In this document: positions 31,712-41,071 of the stretch, piece after piece
Layout of the letters: the number at the start of each line of letters is the position of its first letter
Numbering within the stretch: the first letter of the stretch is position 1
Program-made: the position numbers and the translations under genes
Source: Candidatus Omnitrophota bacterium
GTDB lineage: Bacteria; Omnitrophota; Gorgyraeia; Gygaellales; JAHJCI01
Assembly (NCBI GenBank): GCA_042570305.1
Contig: JBHPGP010000004.1
Coordinates: 2,230-66,229 of the forward strand
Length of the DNA stretch: 64,000 bases
Reading direction: 5' to 3'
Notes under the pieces: generated by a model
What the model saw: only the letters and a program-made list of their open reading frames with translations
Databases searched by the model: none
Told to the model about the DNA's origin: nothing

Positions 31712-33700
31712 TTAGTATTTCCGCTCTATTTTCGCATCCGGATAATAGTGCCCTAAAATCTGGTGATAGCTATAACCACCAAGCGCCATGCCTTTTATTC
31801 CTGTTTGACATAACCCCTTACCGTGCCCAAAGCCCGCACCAAAGAAGATAAATTCCTGCGGCAGCCCATTGATATATTTTACCTCAATTTTGAACGCGGC
31901 GCTAAATAAATTTCCCAGAATTTTCCTAATCTTATATTCTCCCTCGATAATTTGGCTAGACTCACTGCCTTTAATTTTAAGGCTAAGTAAATGGCCACTG
32001 ATTGTCCGGCTTTGCGCAATCACTCCCAGGGGTTCTCCGATATCAATGCCTGCATCACTGAGCATTGCTTTTAATTGCCCGCGTTTATAAAACCTTACCC
32101 AGCGAAAATTCGCAGAGCGTTCATTTTTCAGGTTGCAGAACGCTTCGGGTCTCTGCAGAAGCCAGCTATCCAATTCAAACGGAGAAAGAGGAAAGGCAAA
32201 ATCCTTTTCTTGGGCATCAACGACTCCGGACTGGGTGCAGCCGCCGCAATTATTAGAGTAAAATATCTCCATCGGCTGATTATTATAAGTAACTACTAAC
32301 CCGGCTGTGGCATCTACTGCTTGACTGGTGAGGCTGTTCTCTGCGCCTGCGCCTTTATATACCTGGCAGTGTACTGTGCTGCAGAAATTAAAACCCTCGC
32401 GTGCGTGGCGGGATTTATTCTTTATTGCCCATGTCCTGGCTGCAATGGCCTGGGCACAGAGCGCTTCAGACGGCCAATTAGAAGGCATCTCCGAAGGTAA
32501 AACTCCGTAAAGGTATTCCTCTAAATTAACCAGGTTAATCAACCAAAAGCCGTCGCTCTCTGGCAGAACTTCAATTATCCCGCGATACTGCTGGTCGCGC
32601 CAACCGGCCCAAAAAGTCCCTGCACCAACGGGAAGGTCGAAGACTGAAATAACTGCATTAGCGGATTGATTCTTAATTAAGAATTTCTTCTCCAGGCTTA
32701 ATCTGGTGATTTCGCCAGCCTGGTCCCTTAACTTGACCTTGCCGCCTTTGCTAAAAATTAAAGAATACATGGATTCGCCCTTGCCGCTAGCCAGGACTTT
32801 GCTGCTTTGCGCGTCGATAATCTCAAAAGGGCTGCCTGTTTTAAACTCAATGGACCACCCGATCTTGGCAATACCTACTCTTACAGGCGGCGCCTGTTCG
32901 GAAACTTTTGAAGGCTTAACCCGGATAGAAGCCCTGCTCCTGCGCAACAAGGCTAATTCATCCTTACGCTTGAAAAAACCTTCCCCCAGTTTCTCCTTTA
33001 TCTTTTGTAAATTCTTCTTCGCAAGCGCATCCTCCGGGTGAATCGCCACATACTTAGCGTATTGTTCATAAGCATCCTGGAACTGGCCCAATCCGCCGAA
33101 GCAATCGGCAAGCTTACTGCGGACCTCGGTTATGCTCGGGTCAAGAGAAATTACCTTTTCATAAGCCTGGGTTGCCTGTTTTAACCTCTTGCCTTGGTAA
33201 TAAATATCCCCCAGTTTCAGGTATGCTAAGACATTATCGGGATTAAGCTCGACTGCTTGGGAATAGAATTCCTCGGCCTCTCTTAATTGCCCGATGTCTT
33301 CGTTGCATAGCCCAAGATAGAACAAGGCCCGGGAGTCTGCCTGGGTAAAAGATAATGCCTGACTTAGATAAGAAATTGCCTGCTTAGGCTCGCCTTTAAG
33401 ATAGTAAAGCCTGGCAAGAAGCTCAACGGCCCTGATATCCCGGATAAACTCCGGAAGCTTCTTGATTACATCTATTGCTTGTTCATACTCAGCCAGATCC
33501 TTGTACAGACAGGCCAGATTCAGGTAGGCTTGCCGCTGCTTGGGGTCAGCCTTGATTATATCCTTGTATAGATTAACTGCTTCGCTGAATTTTGCCTGGT
33601 TATAGAAAGAAGCCGCCTGCCGGTATGAATCCAAATCAGAACTGATTCCCGGACTGACGCCTAAGAGCAAAATGGAAACAGAGAGAATTAAAAGCCTCAT
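31712..33700 (-). CDS. secreted TPR-repeat protein with C-terminal SpoIID/LytB domain
   Basis: Signal peptide, about 6 TPR-like repeats, then 'YLYGVLPSEMPSNWPSEALCAQAIAARTWA...CSTVHCQVYKG...NNCGG'. Confidence 0.8.
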   Translation of the reverse strand: MRLLILSVSILLLGVSPGISSDLDSYRQAASFYNQAKFSEAVNLYKDIIKADPKQRQAYLNLACLYKDLAEYEQAIDVIKKLPEFIRDIRAVELLARLYYLKGEPKQAISYLSQALSFTQADSRALFYLGLCNEDIGQLREAEEFYSQAVELNPDNVLAYLKLGDIYYQGKRLKQATQAYEKVISLDPSITEVRSKLADCFGGLGQFQDAYEQYAKYVAIHPEDALAKKNLQKIKEKLGEGFFKRKDELALLRRSRASIRVKPSKVSEQAPPVRVGIAKIGWSIEFKTGSPFEIIDAQSSKVLASGKGESMYSLIFSKGGKVKLRDQAGEITRLSLEKKFLIKNQSANAVISVFDLPVGAGTFWAGWRDQQYRGIIEVLPESDGFWLINLVNLEEYLYGVLPSEMPSNWPSEALCAQAIAARTWAIKNKSRHAREGFNFCSTVHCQVYKGAGAENSLTSQAVDATAGLVVTYNNQPMEIFYSNNCGGCTQSGVVDAQEKDFAFPLSPFELDSWLLQRPEAFCNLKNERSANFRWVRFYKRGQLKAMLSDAGIDIGEPLGVIAQSRTISGHLLSLKIKGSESSQIIEGEYKIRKILGNLFSAAFKIEVKYINGLPQEFIFFGAGFGHGKGLCQTGIKGMALGGYSYHQILGHYYPDAKIERKY

Positions 33701-33753
33701 TGAATTGGTTTCTTGCTGCCTTAATTAGAGTTTAGCGGTTACGAGCTTAGGAG

Positions 33754-34815
33754 TTACGATTTTAATGATTTATGGACAAATAATGTTTGAGTAGGATAGG
33801 CAAACTCAATGCCGCGCTTCTCGAATGCCTCCTTAACGGCAAAATTAATCTCCTGTTGAACATCCATATATTTATTGTAATCGGCGCTTAAGACATAATA
33901 GACAACCTCAAAGATTAAGTTGAAATCCCCGTAAGAGAAAAAGTGCGCGCGGTCAAAAACAGTATCCTTGGCATTACTGATAATCTCTTTAATGATTAGC
34001 GGTATCTCTTTTACCTGTTTCAGGCTGGTCTGATAAGTAACCCCCAGCTTGAAAACTACACGGCGTTTGTCCATTCTTTTATAGTTGCGCACGCGCGAAT
34101 TGGTCAGGTCGCTATTGGAAAAAACTATCTGCTCTCCGCCCAGGCTGCGTATCCTGGTGGTTTTAATCCCGATATGCTCGATTGTGCCCAAAAAATCTCC
34201 GATGATGATAAAATCTCCGATTTCAAACGGCCGGTCAAAGAATATGGCAAAGTAACTGAAAAGGTCCCCCAGTATCGTCTGGGCAGCCAAGGCTACGGCA
34301 ACGCCGCCGATACCCAGGCCGGCGATTACGCTGGAAATCTTAAAACCTAAATTATCTAATAGAAAAACAATGCCCAATCCCCAAACCACAACCTTGAGAA
34401 CTATGATTATGCCTTTAAGGCTGCTCTCCCGGGATGCATCGGCCTGGTCCCTTAACCAGTAATACTTGAGCGCATAACTTATAATGGCTGTTAAAAGCCG
34501 GATCGCAAAAACCGTCAGCAACAACAACCCCAAGATATCAACGACCCTGGTAAAAGAGGGCCTTAGGATAAGATTACGGATACTGATATAAAAAGCGCCG
34601 AAATAAAGCAAGGGTATAATGCTTTTTTCAAAAATTCTAATCAATAAATCATCTAAAATAGTGGCGGTTTTCTTTGCCCAATTTTTTATGCGCGAAAAGA
34701 CGATCCTTCTGAATAGGTTGATCACCAATATGCTGAGTAGAAATATGCCGAGTGTATTCAGGTAATCTATGATCCGGTTATTGAAATAAACTATTTGAAA
34801 GGCGTTTTCGAACAC
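33754..34815 (-). CDS. mechanosensitive ion channel (MscS family)
   Basis: TM3/beta-domain signature 'LGDLFSYFAIFFDRPFEIGDFIIIGDFLGTIEHIGIKTTRIRSLGGEQIVFSNS'. Confidence 0.85.
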   Translation of the reverse strand: MFENAFQIVYFNNRIIDYLNTLGIFLLSILVINLFRRIVFSRIKNWAKKTATILDDLLIRIFEKSIIPLLYFGAFYISIRNLILRPSFTRVVDILGLLLLTVFAIRLLTAIISYALKYYWLRDQADASRESSLKGIIIVLKVVVWGLGIVFLLDNLGFKISSVIAGLGIGGVAVALAAQTILGDLFSYFAIFFDRPFEIGDFIIIGDFLGTIEHIGIKTTRIRSLGGEQIVFSNSDLTNSRVRNYKRMDKRRVVFKLGVTYQTSLKQVKEIPLIIKEIISNAKDTVFDRAHFFSYGDFNLIFEVVYYVLSADYNKYMDVQQEINFAVKEAFEKRGIEFAYPTQTLFVHKSLKS

Positions 34816-34857
34816 AACTCCTCCTTTTTGATATTGTCTATTTATGGAAAACTGGGG

Positions 34858-35820
34858 CTATCCAGAGTATTTACTCAGTTGCTTGATGCGCTTGAGCATA
34901 TTGGGATGGGTACTTAAAAGCTCCAGCAGCCTATCGCCGAAAGAAAGCTGTATCCTTTTATTCTGCAGGTTTTCTAATTCCATGCTGTCAATGGTCCCGC
35001 TCCTGTCTAAATCCAGCTGCCTGAGTTCTTGAATTTCATTTAAGGCGCGCGAGGGGTCATTGACAAAAAATGCCTTGAAGCCCTCTGCCTGCTTAAGGGT
35101 TTGCTTATCCACGCGCGCCGAGCCATAGGCCAACTTATACAGTCCGGAGGCAAGCCAGGCAGGCTGGTTGCCTAACAGCACTGAGCCGCGGTCAGCGAAA
35201 TATTCGCGAATACGGGAGGCATAAAGCACCAGAAGATTAGTAAGAAAATAAAAAATAAGGGCAGCTAAACCGAGAAGCGCTGTATTCGCCCCTCCCTGCC
35301 GGTTGCGCCTGCCGCCAAAAAAGAGCATCTGCCAGGCAAAATGGTAGCAAATTATGGGAATCACGGATAATAGCGTAATAGTCAGAACATCGCGGTTCTT
35401 CAGATGGGACAACTCATGACCCAAGACTGAACGCAATTCCTCCTCACTAAGCAGCCGCATTATCCCTTCGGTTACGCAAACCCTTCCGTCGCTAAGACTG
35501 CGGCCAAAGGCAAAGGCATTGGGTATGGGAATTGCCGCTATCCCCACTTTCGGCTTGGGAATCCCGGCGCGCCCTGCTAAATCCTCAACCATCCTGTGTA
35601 ATTGGGGATGCTGCCGGCTGTCTACGTAGCGCACATGCATAGACCACTCAACCAGCTTTGGCCCGGCCATATATTGGAAAAACATCAGGCCAAGGGATAA
35701 AATAAGATAAAAATAGAAGTTGGTTATGCCTAAGTTTACGCCAATAACGGTAACGACGGCGTAGATAATAGCGAAAAGCAAAACCAACAACAAATACATT
35801 CTTAATTTAAGCGACCACAT
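34858..35820 (-). CDS. htpX: M48 zinc metalloprotease HtpX
   Basis: 'LGHELSHLKNRD' HExxH motif inside a 4-TM architecture. Confidence 0.85.
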   Translation of the reverse strand: MWSLKLRMYLLLVLLFAIIYAVVTVIGVNLGITNFYFYLILSLGLMFFQYMAGPKLVEWSMHVRYVDSRQHPQLHRMVEDLAGRAGIPKPKVGIAAIPIPNAFAFGRSLSDGRVCVTEGIMRLLSEEELRSVLGHELSHLKNRDVLTITLLSVIPIICYHFAWQMLFFGGRRNRQGGANTALLGLAALIFYFLTNLLVLYASRIREYFADRGSVLLGNQPAWLASGLYKLAYGSARVDKQTLKQAEGFKAFFVNDPSRALNEIQELRQLDLDRSGTIDSMELENLQNKRIQLSFGDRLLELLSTHPNMLKRIKQLSKYSG

Positions 35821-35837
35821 GCCTGTATCTATTGCCT

Positions 35838-36572
35838 TTAATATTTATAATAACTTGAGGGCGTAGCCTGGGCAATGTATTTAACCGCTTCAATAATACA
35901 GACGCGTATTGCCTTTTCCATAGGGGTATTGGAATACGCGGATAGCCCGCCGCCCAATCCCCAGCTGCCTAAGAATCCGGCCATAATCGCTCCGCTGATA
36001 TCCGAAGCCTGTCCCTGGACGCGGGTAGCAGAAAGAATCTCGGAAGTAGAAGAATCAACCACACGAATATCCAAAGCCATATGTGCCTTATTCAAAGCGC
36101 CGCCTAACAGACCACCTAATATTCCGCTAGCTACTCCCCCTCCTCCGCCTACTCCTGCCCTGCCACCGGAAGCCTGAGGTTCAAATTCAGTAACTGCGGC
36201 AGTAATAATTAAGTCAGCGGTCCTGATTTTACCGCGCTCTATCTTAGCTGATTCATCAGCAGCCCCGGAAACAGACAATTCCTGTTCCTTCATAACCGCA
36301 TCTAAAACCTGGCGCTCGACCACGCTGAAACGGTTGCTGTTAATCAACGCCGTAACCAGCATCTCTCTTAAGCCGGAACCGATCTCTCCGCCGGCCTTGG
36401 CAGCCTTCACATCAAAGTCAGCCACAGCAATACGCGCCTTAGGACCTGAATATGGAGGCAGGGCCTGGACTCCTGCGGTAGAATCCACCTGCGCCGTAGG
36501 CTGCAGGGAAGCGCAACCGAAGAAAGAAAAGATTAAACTGCCTGCTACTGAAATTAAAAATATCCTTTTCAT
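35838..36572 (-). CDS. CsgG-family lipoprotein
   Basis: Lipobox 'FFGCAS'. 'ARIAVADFDVKAAKAGGEIGSGLREMLVTALINSNRFSVVERQ' is typical of CsgG/LpoB-like proteins. Gly-rich loop. Confidence 0.7.
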   Translation of the reverse strand: MKRIFLISVAGSLIFSFFGCASLQPTAQVDSTAGVQALPPYSGPKARIAVADFDVKAAKAGGEIGSGLREMLVTALINSNRFSVVERQVLDAVMKEQELSVSGAADESAKIERGKIRTADLIITAAVTEFEPQASGGRAGVGGGGGVASGILGGLLGGALNKAHMALDIRVVDSSTSEILSATRVQGQASDISGAIMAGFLGSWGLGGGLSAYSNTPMEKAIRVCIIEAVKYIAQATPSSYYKY

Positions 36573-37243
36573 TGCTCCTGACCTCCCTCTTGACTCATGA
36601 CTTGCTCTTGGTCCATAGGCTCCTTTTGACTCACGGCTTCTTCTTCACAGGTAGTTTCCTGTCCGCTACCTTCGGATTGCTCCGGGCTTAGGGCCTTGAT
36701 TATCTTTATCGCCAAGTTATCCGCTGCTTTTAGCAGGGCCTCACGTCCTCCGCTGATGACATCCGTATGGACGCTTGAACCGCTTGCTTCTAAATAAGCA
36801 GCTACCTTACCTCCATCAACCCGGATAAGCTTTGCGGTAACATTAGCAAAGCAGGAGCGCATATTCGAATCTGCAATTTTTCCTCCGGAAGATGCTACTG
36901 CCTTGCCTAGAATAACATAATCCGCCTGGGTGAGTTTCGCCAATTCCATGGATTGCTCATCGGAAAGATTAAGCTGACGAAATGCCTTTTGCGTGCTTAA
37001 AACTCCGCTTACCTGGGAGGGATCAATGACCTGATAGCCCTCGGCAATAAGCTCAGCGGACAATTTTGCCTCAACCGTGGATAAATCAATCTCGCTTGCC
37101 CACCAGCCGCGCTGCGGTCCTTCAATGTTCTGTTCGGAAATCAAAAGCAGGACTCCTGCCTTTGTGCCTTCTGCCGCATAACTGGAATTACTGAATGCCA
37201 AAACACAACCCAGAATCAAGAATAACATGATAAACTTTTTCAC
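36569..37243 (-). CDS. secreted hypothetical protein, co-transcribed with the CsgG-like gene
   Basis: GTG start with AGGAGG 6 nt upstream. Signal peptide 'MKKFIMLFLILGCVLAFSNSSYA'. Acidic/Gln-rich C-terminus. 4-nt overlap with the downstream gene. Confidence 0.45.
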   Translation of the reverse strand: MKKFIMLFLILGCVLAFSNSSYAAEGTKAGVLLLISEQNIEGPQRGWWASEIDLSTVEAKLSAELIAEGYQVIDPSQVSGVLSTQKAFRQLNLSDEQSMELAKLTQADYVILGKAVASSGGKIADSNMRSCFANVTAKLIRVDGGKVAAYLEASGSSVHTDVISGGREALLKAADNLAIKIIKALSPEQSEGSGQETTCEEEAVSQKEPMDQEQVMSQEGGQEQ

Positions 37244-37289
37244 TGGTCACCTCCTGGTTAAACCTAATTCTTCTAGCCTAATCTTTTTT

Positions 37290-37318
37290 ATTTTAATATA
37301 CAAAAGGCTCCGGGTCAA
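37290..37318 (-). promoter_or_regulatory. sigma70-like promoter (TTGACC-17-TAAAAT) for the 37243 operon
   Basis: On the reverse strand: -35 TTGACC (37318..37313), 17-nt spacer, -10 TAAAAT (37295..37290). Confidence 0.45.
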
Positions 37319-37326
37319 GCTAAATC

Positions 37327-37345
37327 CCTGCCTCTGGAAGGCAGG
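37327..37345 (-). terminator. 6-bp GC-rich hairpin (cctgcc-7 nt-ggcagg) downstream of the GT2 gene
   Basis: Read directly. Only a weak U-run follows (gauuu), so it is a weak intrinsic terminator at best. Confidence 0.3.
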
Positions 37346-37367
37346 CCTTCTTCATAGTATCCGAGTA

Positions 37368-38333
37368 TTATTTTATCTTCTGAATTATTCTTCTTTTACG
37401 CAGGGCTTGCTTCAGAAGCCTGGAATTTAAAGAGGGCTTCTTTAAAAGAGGGAACCTGAAGAAGAGGATATAACCTGTCGCCAAAAGGTCATAAAAAAGA
37501 ATAAACGGTAAATGCAGCAGAAAACCTAAGAGGGATTCGTTTTTTATTATGCTCAGATGACGGTTCTTTATTAAATCCAAGTGCAGCTCATCATTAAGAT
37601 ATCTGCGGGCGCCTGACTTCCCCACCCCCTGGGATTTTCTGGCTGTCGCCCCCCGAATATGATAAGCAACTGCCTGAGGAACATAATAGGCTTTCCAACC
37701 CAGGTTTTGGGCCCTCCAGGCTAAGTCTAAATCTTCGTAGAACATGCGGAAATCAGCATCAAAGTATTCCTGAGCAATCTTTATGCTTTCCAGCATGCTG
37801 CGGCGGTAGAGCGCTACTGCTCCGCTCACCCCAAAAACATACCCTGCGCGATTATACTGGCCTTTATCCTGCCGGCCGTAGCCTCTTTCTCTGGCTGTGC
37901 GCCAGGGGGTTAGGAATAACCCCGCGCTGTCAATCCTCATGCCGTCACTGCGCAAAATCTTACCGCTAACCATACCTATCGAAGAATCCTGATAAAAACC
38001 GCACAAGGCCTCCTGGATAAATCTACTGTCTAAAATCACATCGTCGTTAAGGCATAAAATAAAATCTCCTTGGCTTTCGCTTATTCCTTTATTCAGTGCT
38101 CCGGTAAAAAAAATGTTGACCCCTTCTGAATATAATTGCACCTGCGGATATTGCCTGATTATTCCGTCTCTGAATTGCGGATTCAGTGAATTATCAATCA
38201 GAATAACCTGGAGTGCCTTGTGGGTCTGACGCCTCAATGAGTCCAGGCAGGATATGAGGTAATCCCCGACTCCGCAAGTTACGATAATAACGCTGACTAT
38301 TTTGTTTGACCAAACTTTCATTTTAGAATACAA
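37368..38333 (-). CDS. family 2 glycosyltransferase
   Basis: 'VSVIIVTCG', 'LNKGISESQGDFILCLNDDV' (DxD region). The track start is TTG 38333; ATG 38321 (MKVWSNKIVSVIIV) is more likely. Confidence 0.8.
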   Translation of the reverse strand: MYSKMKVWSNKIVSVIIVTCGVGDYLISCLDSLRRQTHKALQVILIDNSLNPQFRDGIIRQYPQVQLYSEGVNIFFTGALNKGISESQGDFILCLNDDVILDSRFIQEALCGFYQDSSIGMVSGKILRSDGMRIDSAGLFLTPWRTARERGYGRQDKGQYNRAGYVFGVSGAVALYRRSMLESIKIAQEYFDADFRMFYEDLDLAWRAQNLGWKAYYVPQAVAYHIRGATARKSQGVGKSGARRYLNDELHLDLIKNRHLSIIKNESLLGFLLHLPFILFYDLLATGYILFFRFPLLKKPSLNSRLLKQALRKRRIIQKIK

Positions 38334-39516
38334 TTATAACATAGTGCTCTCTATCTTTCTAATCCTAATCTTTGTCCGGCCGCTTATCTCATCCCTTGCA
38401 TTTGCCTATCTAAATCATATCTATTCTACCATCCTCCTGGGTTTCTTAATTATCTGGCTTATCAAAAGGCCCCTTGCATTGAAAAAAGTAGAGCCCTTAA
38501 AATGGCCTCTGCTTTTATTGCTTATGGCATTAGCCTTCTCGAGCATCTTCTCCGTAGACAAGATAAACAGCCTGAAAGAACTATATAAATATATAAGCGG
38601 GTTATTATTATTCCTGATTGCTGCTTGCTTAACTTACGAGGAGAAGATTCGTACTGTCAAAACCATAATCCTGGCTGGATTCTTTATCAGTCTCCTGGCA
38701 ATCTATCAATACCTTTTCGGATTTCAGCACATCTTGGAATATTTCTCCGGGAAAGAAAAACTCTCTGCCTTTGCCTTAGACTACATTCAACGCAGGAGGG
38801 TATTCCTGCCCTTTGTCACTCCCAATACGCTGGGAGGCTTTCTGGCTATGACCGCCCCCCTTATTCTGCCTCTTTTGAATAAGCAAAAGAAGATTTTTTC
38901 AAATCCCCCTTTGCTCTTTCTCGCATCAATATCCTTTGCCATTCTTCTTAGTAAATCACTGGGCGCGTTGTTAAGTATCTTCCTGGGATTAGTAATATAT
39001 TTTTATCTGGGAGAGCTCCTGAACAGGAACCATCATAAGCAAGTACCCACTAAAGATAAAAAAATATTATTATTTGTCCCCTTGTTCTTAATCTTAATCG
39101 CATTGGTCTTCTTCGTGCGACAATTGTCTGCAAAACCGCATATCCTGCCAGGCTTCTCCTTATTAATGAGGCTGAATTACTGGGGGGAAACCCTTGAAAT
39201 CATCAAGGCCCGCCCATTGACAGGCATGGGATTGGGGAATTTTAATCTTGTCTTTTCCCGCTACGCTCACAACTCTTATCTGCAGATTTGGGCAGAAATG
39301 GGAATTCTGGGGATAATAGCGTTCCTTTGGTTAGTTTTTGCTGTATTTAAATCTGCGCTGAAAAGAATAGGTGAGCCTACAAATGCAAGATTCACTGCCG
39401 GCTTAATCTCCGCCAATGCGGTATTCCTCATTCATAACCTTGCCGATTTCAGCTTCTTCCTGCCAGAGGTGTCAATAGTTTGGTGGGCTCTATTAGGGTT
39501 AACAACATCTGAGTGA
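38302..39516 (+). CDS. O-antigen ligase/polymerase-like membrane protein (Wzy_C family)
   Basis: About 10 TM helices and 'GMGLGNF...YAHNSYLQIWAEMGILG', the O-antigen ligase loop motif. Start uncertain (TTG 38302 or GTG 38344); it overlaps the divergent GT2 start. Confidence 0.7.
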   Translation: MFDQTFILEYNYNIVLSIFLILIFVRPLISSLAFAYLNHIYSTILLGFLIIWLIKRPLALKKVEPLKWPLLLLLMALAFSSIFSVDKINSLKELYKYISGLLLFLIAACLTYEEKIRTVKTIILAGFFISLLAIYQYLFGFQHILEYFSGKEKLSAFALDYIQRRRVFLPFVTPNTLGGFLAMTAPLILPLLNKQKKIFSNPPLLFLASISFAILLSKSLGALLSIFLGLVIYFYLGELLNRNHHKQVPTKDKKILLFVPLFLILIALVFFVRQLSAKPHILPGFSLLMRLNYWGETLEIIKARPLTGMGLGNFNLVFSRYAHNSYLQIWAEMGILGIIAFLWLVFAVFKSALKRIGEPTNARFTAGLISANAVFLIHNLADFSFFLPEVSIVWWALLGLTTSE

Positions 39517-39521
39517 ACCTA

Positions 39522-40331
39522 TTAATAGTGCGCCAGGCTTCCGGAAATCTTAGCCTTTCTTACGGCATATTTGAATATTGAGATGCTCAGGGGTATTAAT
39601 ACTATGCAAAAGACTAAAAGACTGATTATCTCTGGCAAAAGCGCCTTTATGCCGTAACCTTTAAGCAGTGCATATCGTAAGGCTTCTAACGAATAGGTAA
39701 TGGGCAGCAGTTTAGAAATAAAATGTAAATTCTTTGGCAAAATAGTAACGGGGAAATACACCCCGCCGAAAATAGCAGAAATTAAATTGATTGACCACGT
39801 TATCGGGTCCCCCCTTTTAAAAATCATAATGAACGCACCCGATATTATGCCAATGCTAATAGAAGAAATTATTGTGAGAATTAATATTACTGTGATGACC
39901 AAAAAATTTGGATTTACTAATTTCACTCCCAAAAAACAGATGCCAAAGAACAGGCAGACAAGGGCGTTCAATGAGCTGAAGACAAAGTCCCAGCAGGGCA
40001 TACAAATAATTATGTTGGAGATCTTAGTAGGGCTTAAAAATATCGTTTCCAGAGTTCCCATCATTTGTTCCTCTCTAAGGCTTATGGAAAATGTCTTCAA
40101 TGCTAATGACAGATAATTATAAAAGGCTAAACCGATAAGAACGAAAGGGAAATACCCCACGCCATATTCTGCCAGGTAGGGATTCATGCCTTGTCCGAAC
40201 ATCTTGGCAATGAAATAAAAGATTAAAACAGAAACAATTACGCCTAATATATTAAGCATAAAAGAAATTCTGTAACTTATATGAATCAAGAAATCCTTCT
40301 TGATAAATGCTATTAACTTCCGAAAAAACAT
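39522..40331 (-). CDS. ABC-2 type exporter permease
   Basis: 269 aa, 6 hydrophobic segments, directly downstream of and overlapping the ATPase gene. Confidence 0.75.
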   Translation of the reverse strand: MFFRKLIAFIKKDFLIHISYRISFMLNILGVIVSVLIFYFIAKMFGQGMNPYLAEYGVGYFPFVLIGLAFYNYLSLALKTFSISLREEQMMGTLETIFLSPTKISNIIICMPCWDFVFSSLNALVCLFFGICFLGVKLVNPNFLVITVILILTIISSISIGIISGAFIMIFKRGDPITWSINLISAIFGGVYFPVTILPKNLHFISKLLPITYSLEALRYALLKGYGIKALLPEIISLLVFCIVLIPLSISIFKYAVRKAKISGSLAHY

Positions 40332-41071
40332 GCCGTTATTTCCCCTTTAATCTCAGCCATCCTGCCGCTTGCCTTGATTTCTCCTTTATCCATTAAGGCC
40401 AGGCGGTCAGAAAGATACTCCGTCTCTTCTAAATTATGAGTTGCAAAGACAATAGTTGTATTTCGTTGTCTGGCAAGCTTATCTTTAATCAGGGTTCTTA
40501 ATTTCTGTGCACATCCGGGATCTAAACTTTTTGTCGGTTCATCCATAAATAAAATTTCAGGGTTATTCAGCAGGCTCCTGGCAATAGCCAATCTCTGTTT
40601 TATTCCTGTAGAATATTCCTGGAATCTCTTGTCAGGTTCTTTTATCTCTAAGAAATCTACCAGTTCTTCAATTCTTGATTTAGAATAAGACCGAGAAAGG
40701 TTATAAAGACTGGCAAAAAATTCTAAATTTTGCCTGCCTGTTAATCTCCAGTAGAAGCTGCGCTCTTCACCGCTAACCATACCGATAGAATTTTTTACGC
40801 CATTTTCATCCCGTAATATATCGTATCCGGCTACCCGAGCCGTTCCCCGGGAAGGCAGAATAAGGCAACTTAATATTTTTATTAGAGTGGTTTTACCGGC
40901 GCCATTTGGTCCGACAAGACCGAATATCTCGCCTTTGGAAATTTGCAGATTAACATTGTGAATAGCCGGATTAATCCTTGCTTTCTGTAAGCTATTTAAT
41001 AAAAGTTGGGACAAATTATTGCTCTGCGGGAAAATTTTAGTAAGATTAACTGTCTCTATTGCGTATGCCAT
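40313..41071 (-). CDS. ABC transporter ATP-binding protein
   Basis: 'GPNGAGKTT' Walker A, 'YSTGIKQRLAIARSL' signature, 'ILFMDEPT' Walker B. Start placed at ATG 41071 (MAYAIETVNL); the track's 41134 start lies inside the upstream gene. Confidence 0.9.
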   Translation of the reverse strand: MAYAIETVNLTKIFPQSNNLSQLLLNSLQKARINPAIHNVNLQISKGEIFGLVGPNGAGKTTLIKILSCLILPSRGTARVAGYDILRDENGVKNSIGMVSGEERSFYWRLTGRQNLEFFASLYNLSRSYSKSRIEELVDFLEIKEPDKRFQEYSTGIKQRLAIARSLLNNPEILFMDEPTKSLDPGCAQKLRTLIKDKLARQRNTTIVFATHNLEETEYLSDRLALMDKGEIKASGRMAEIKGEITACFFGS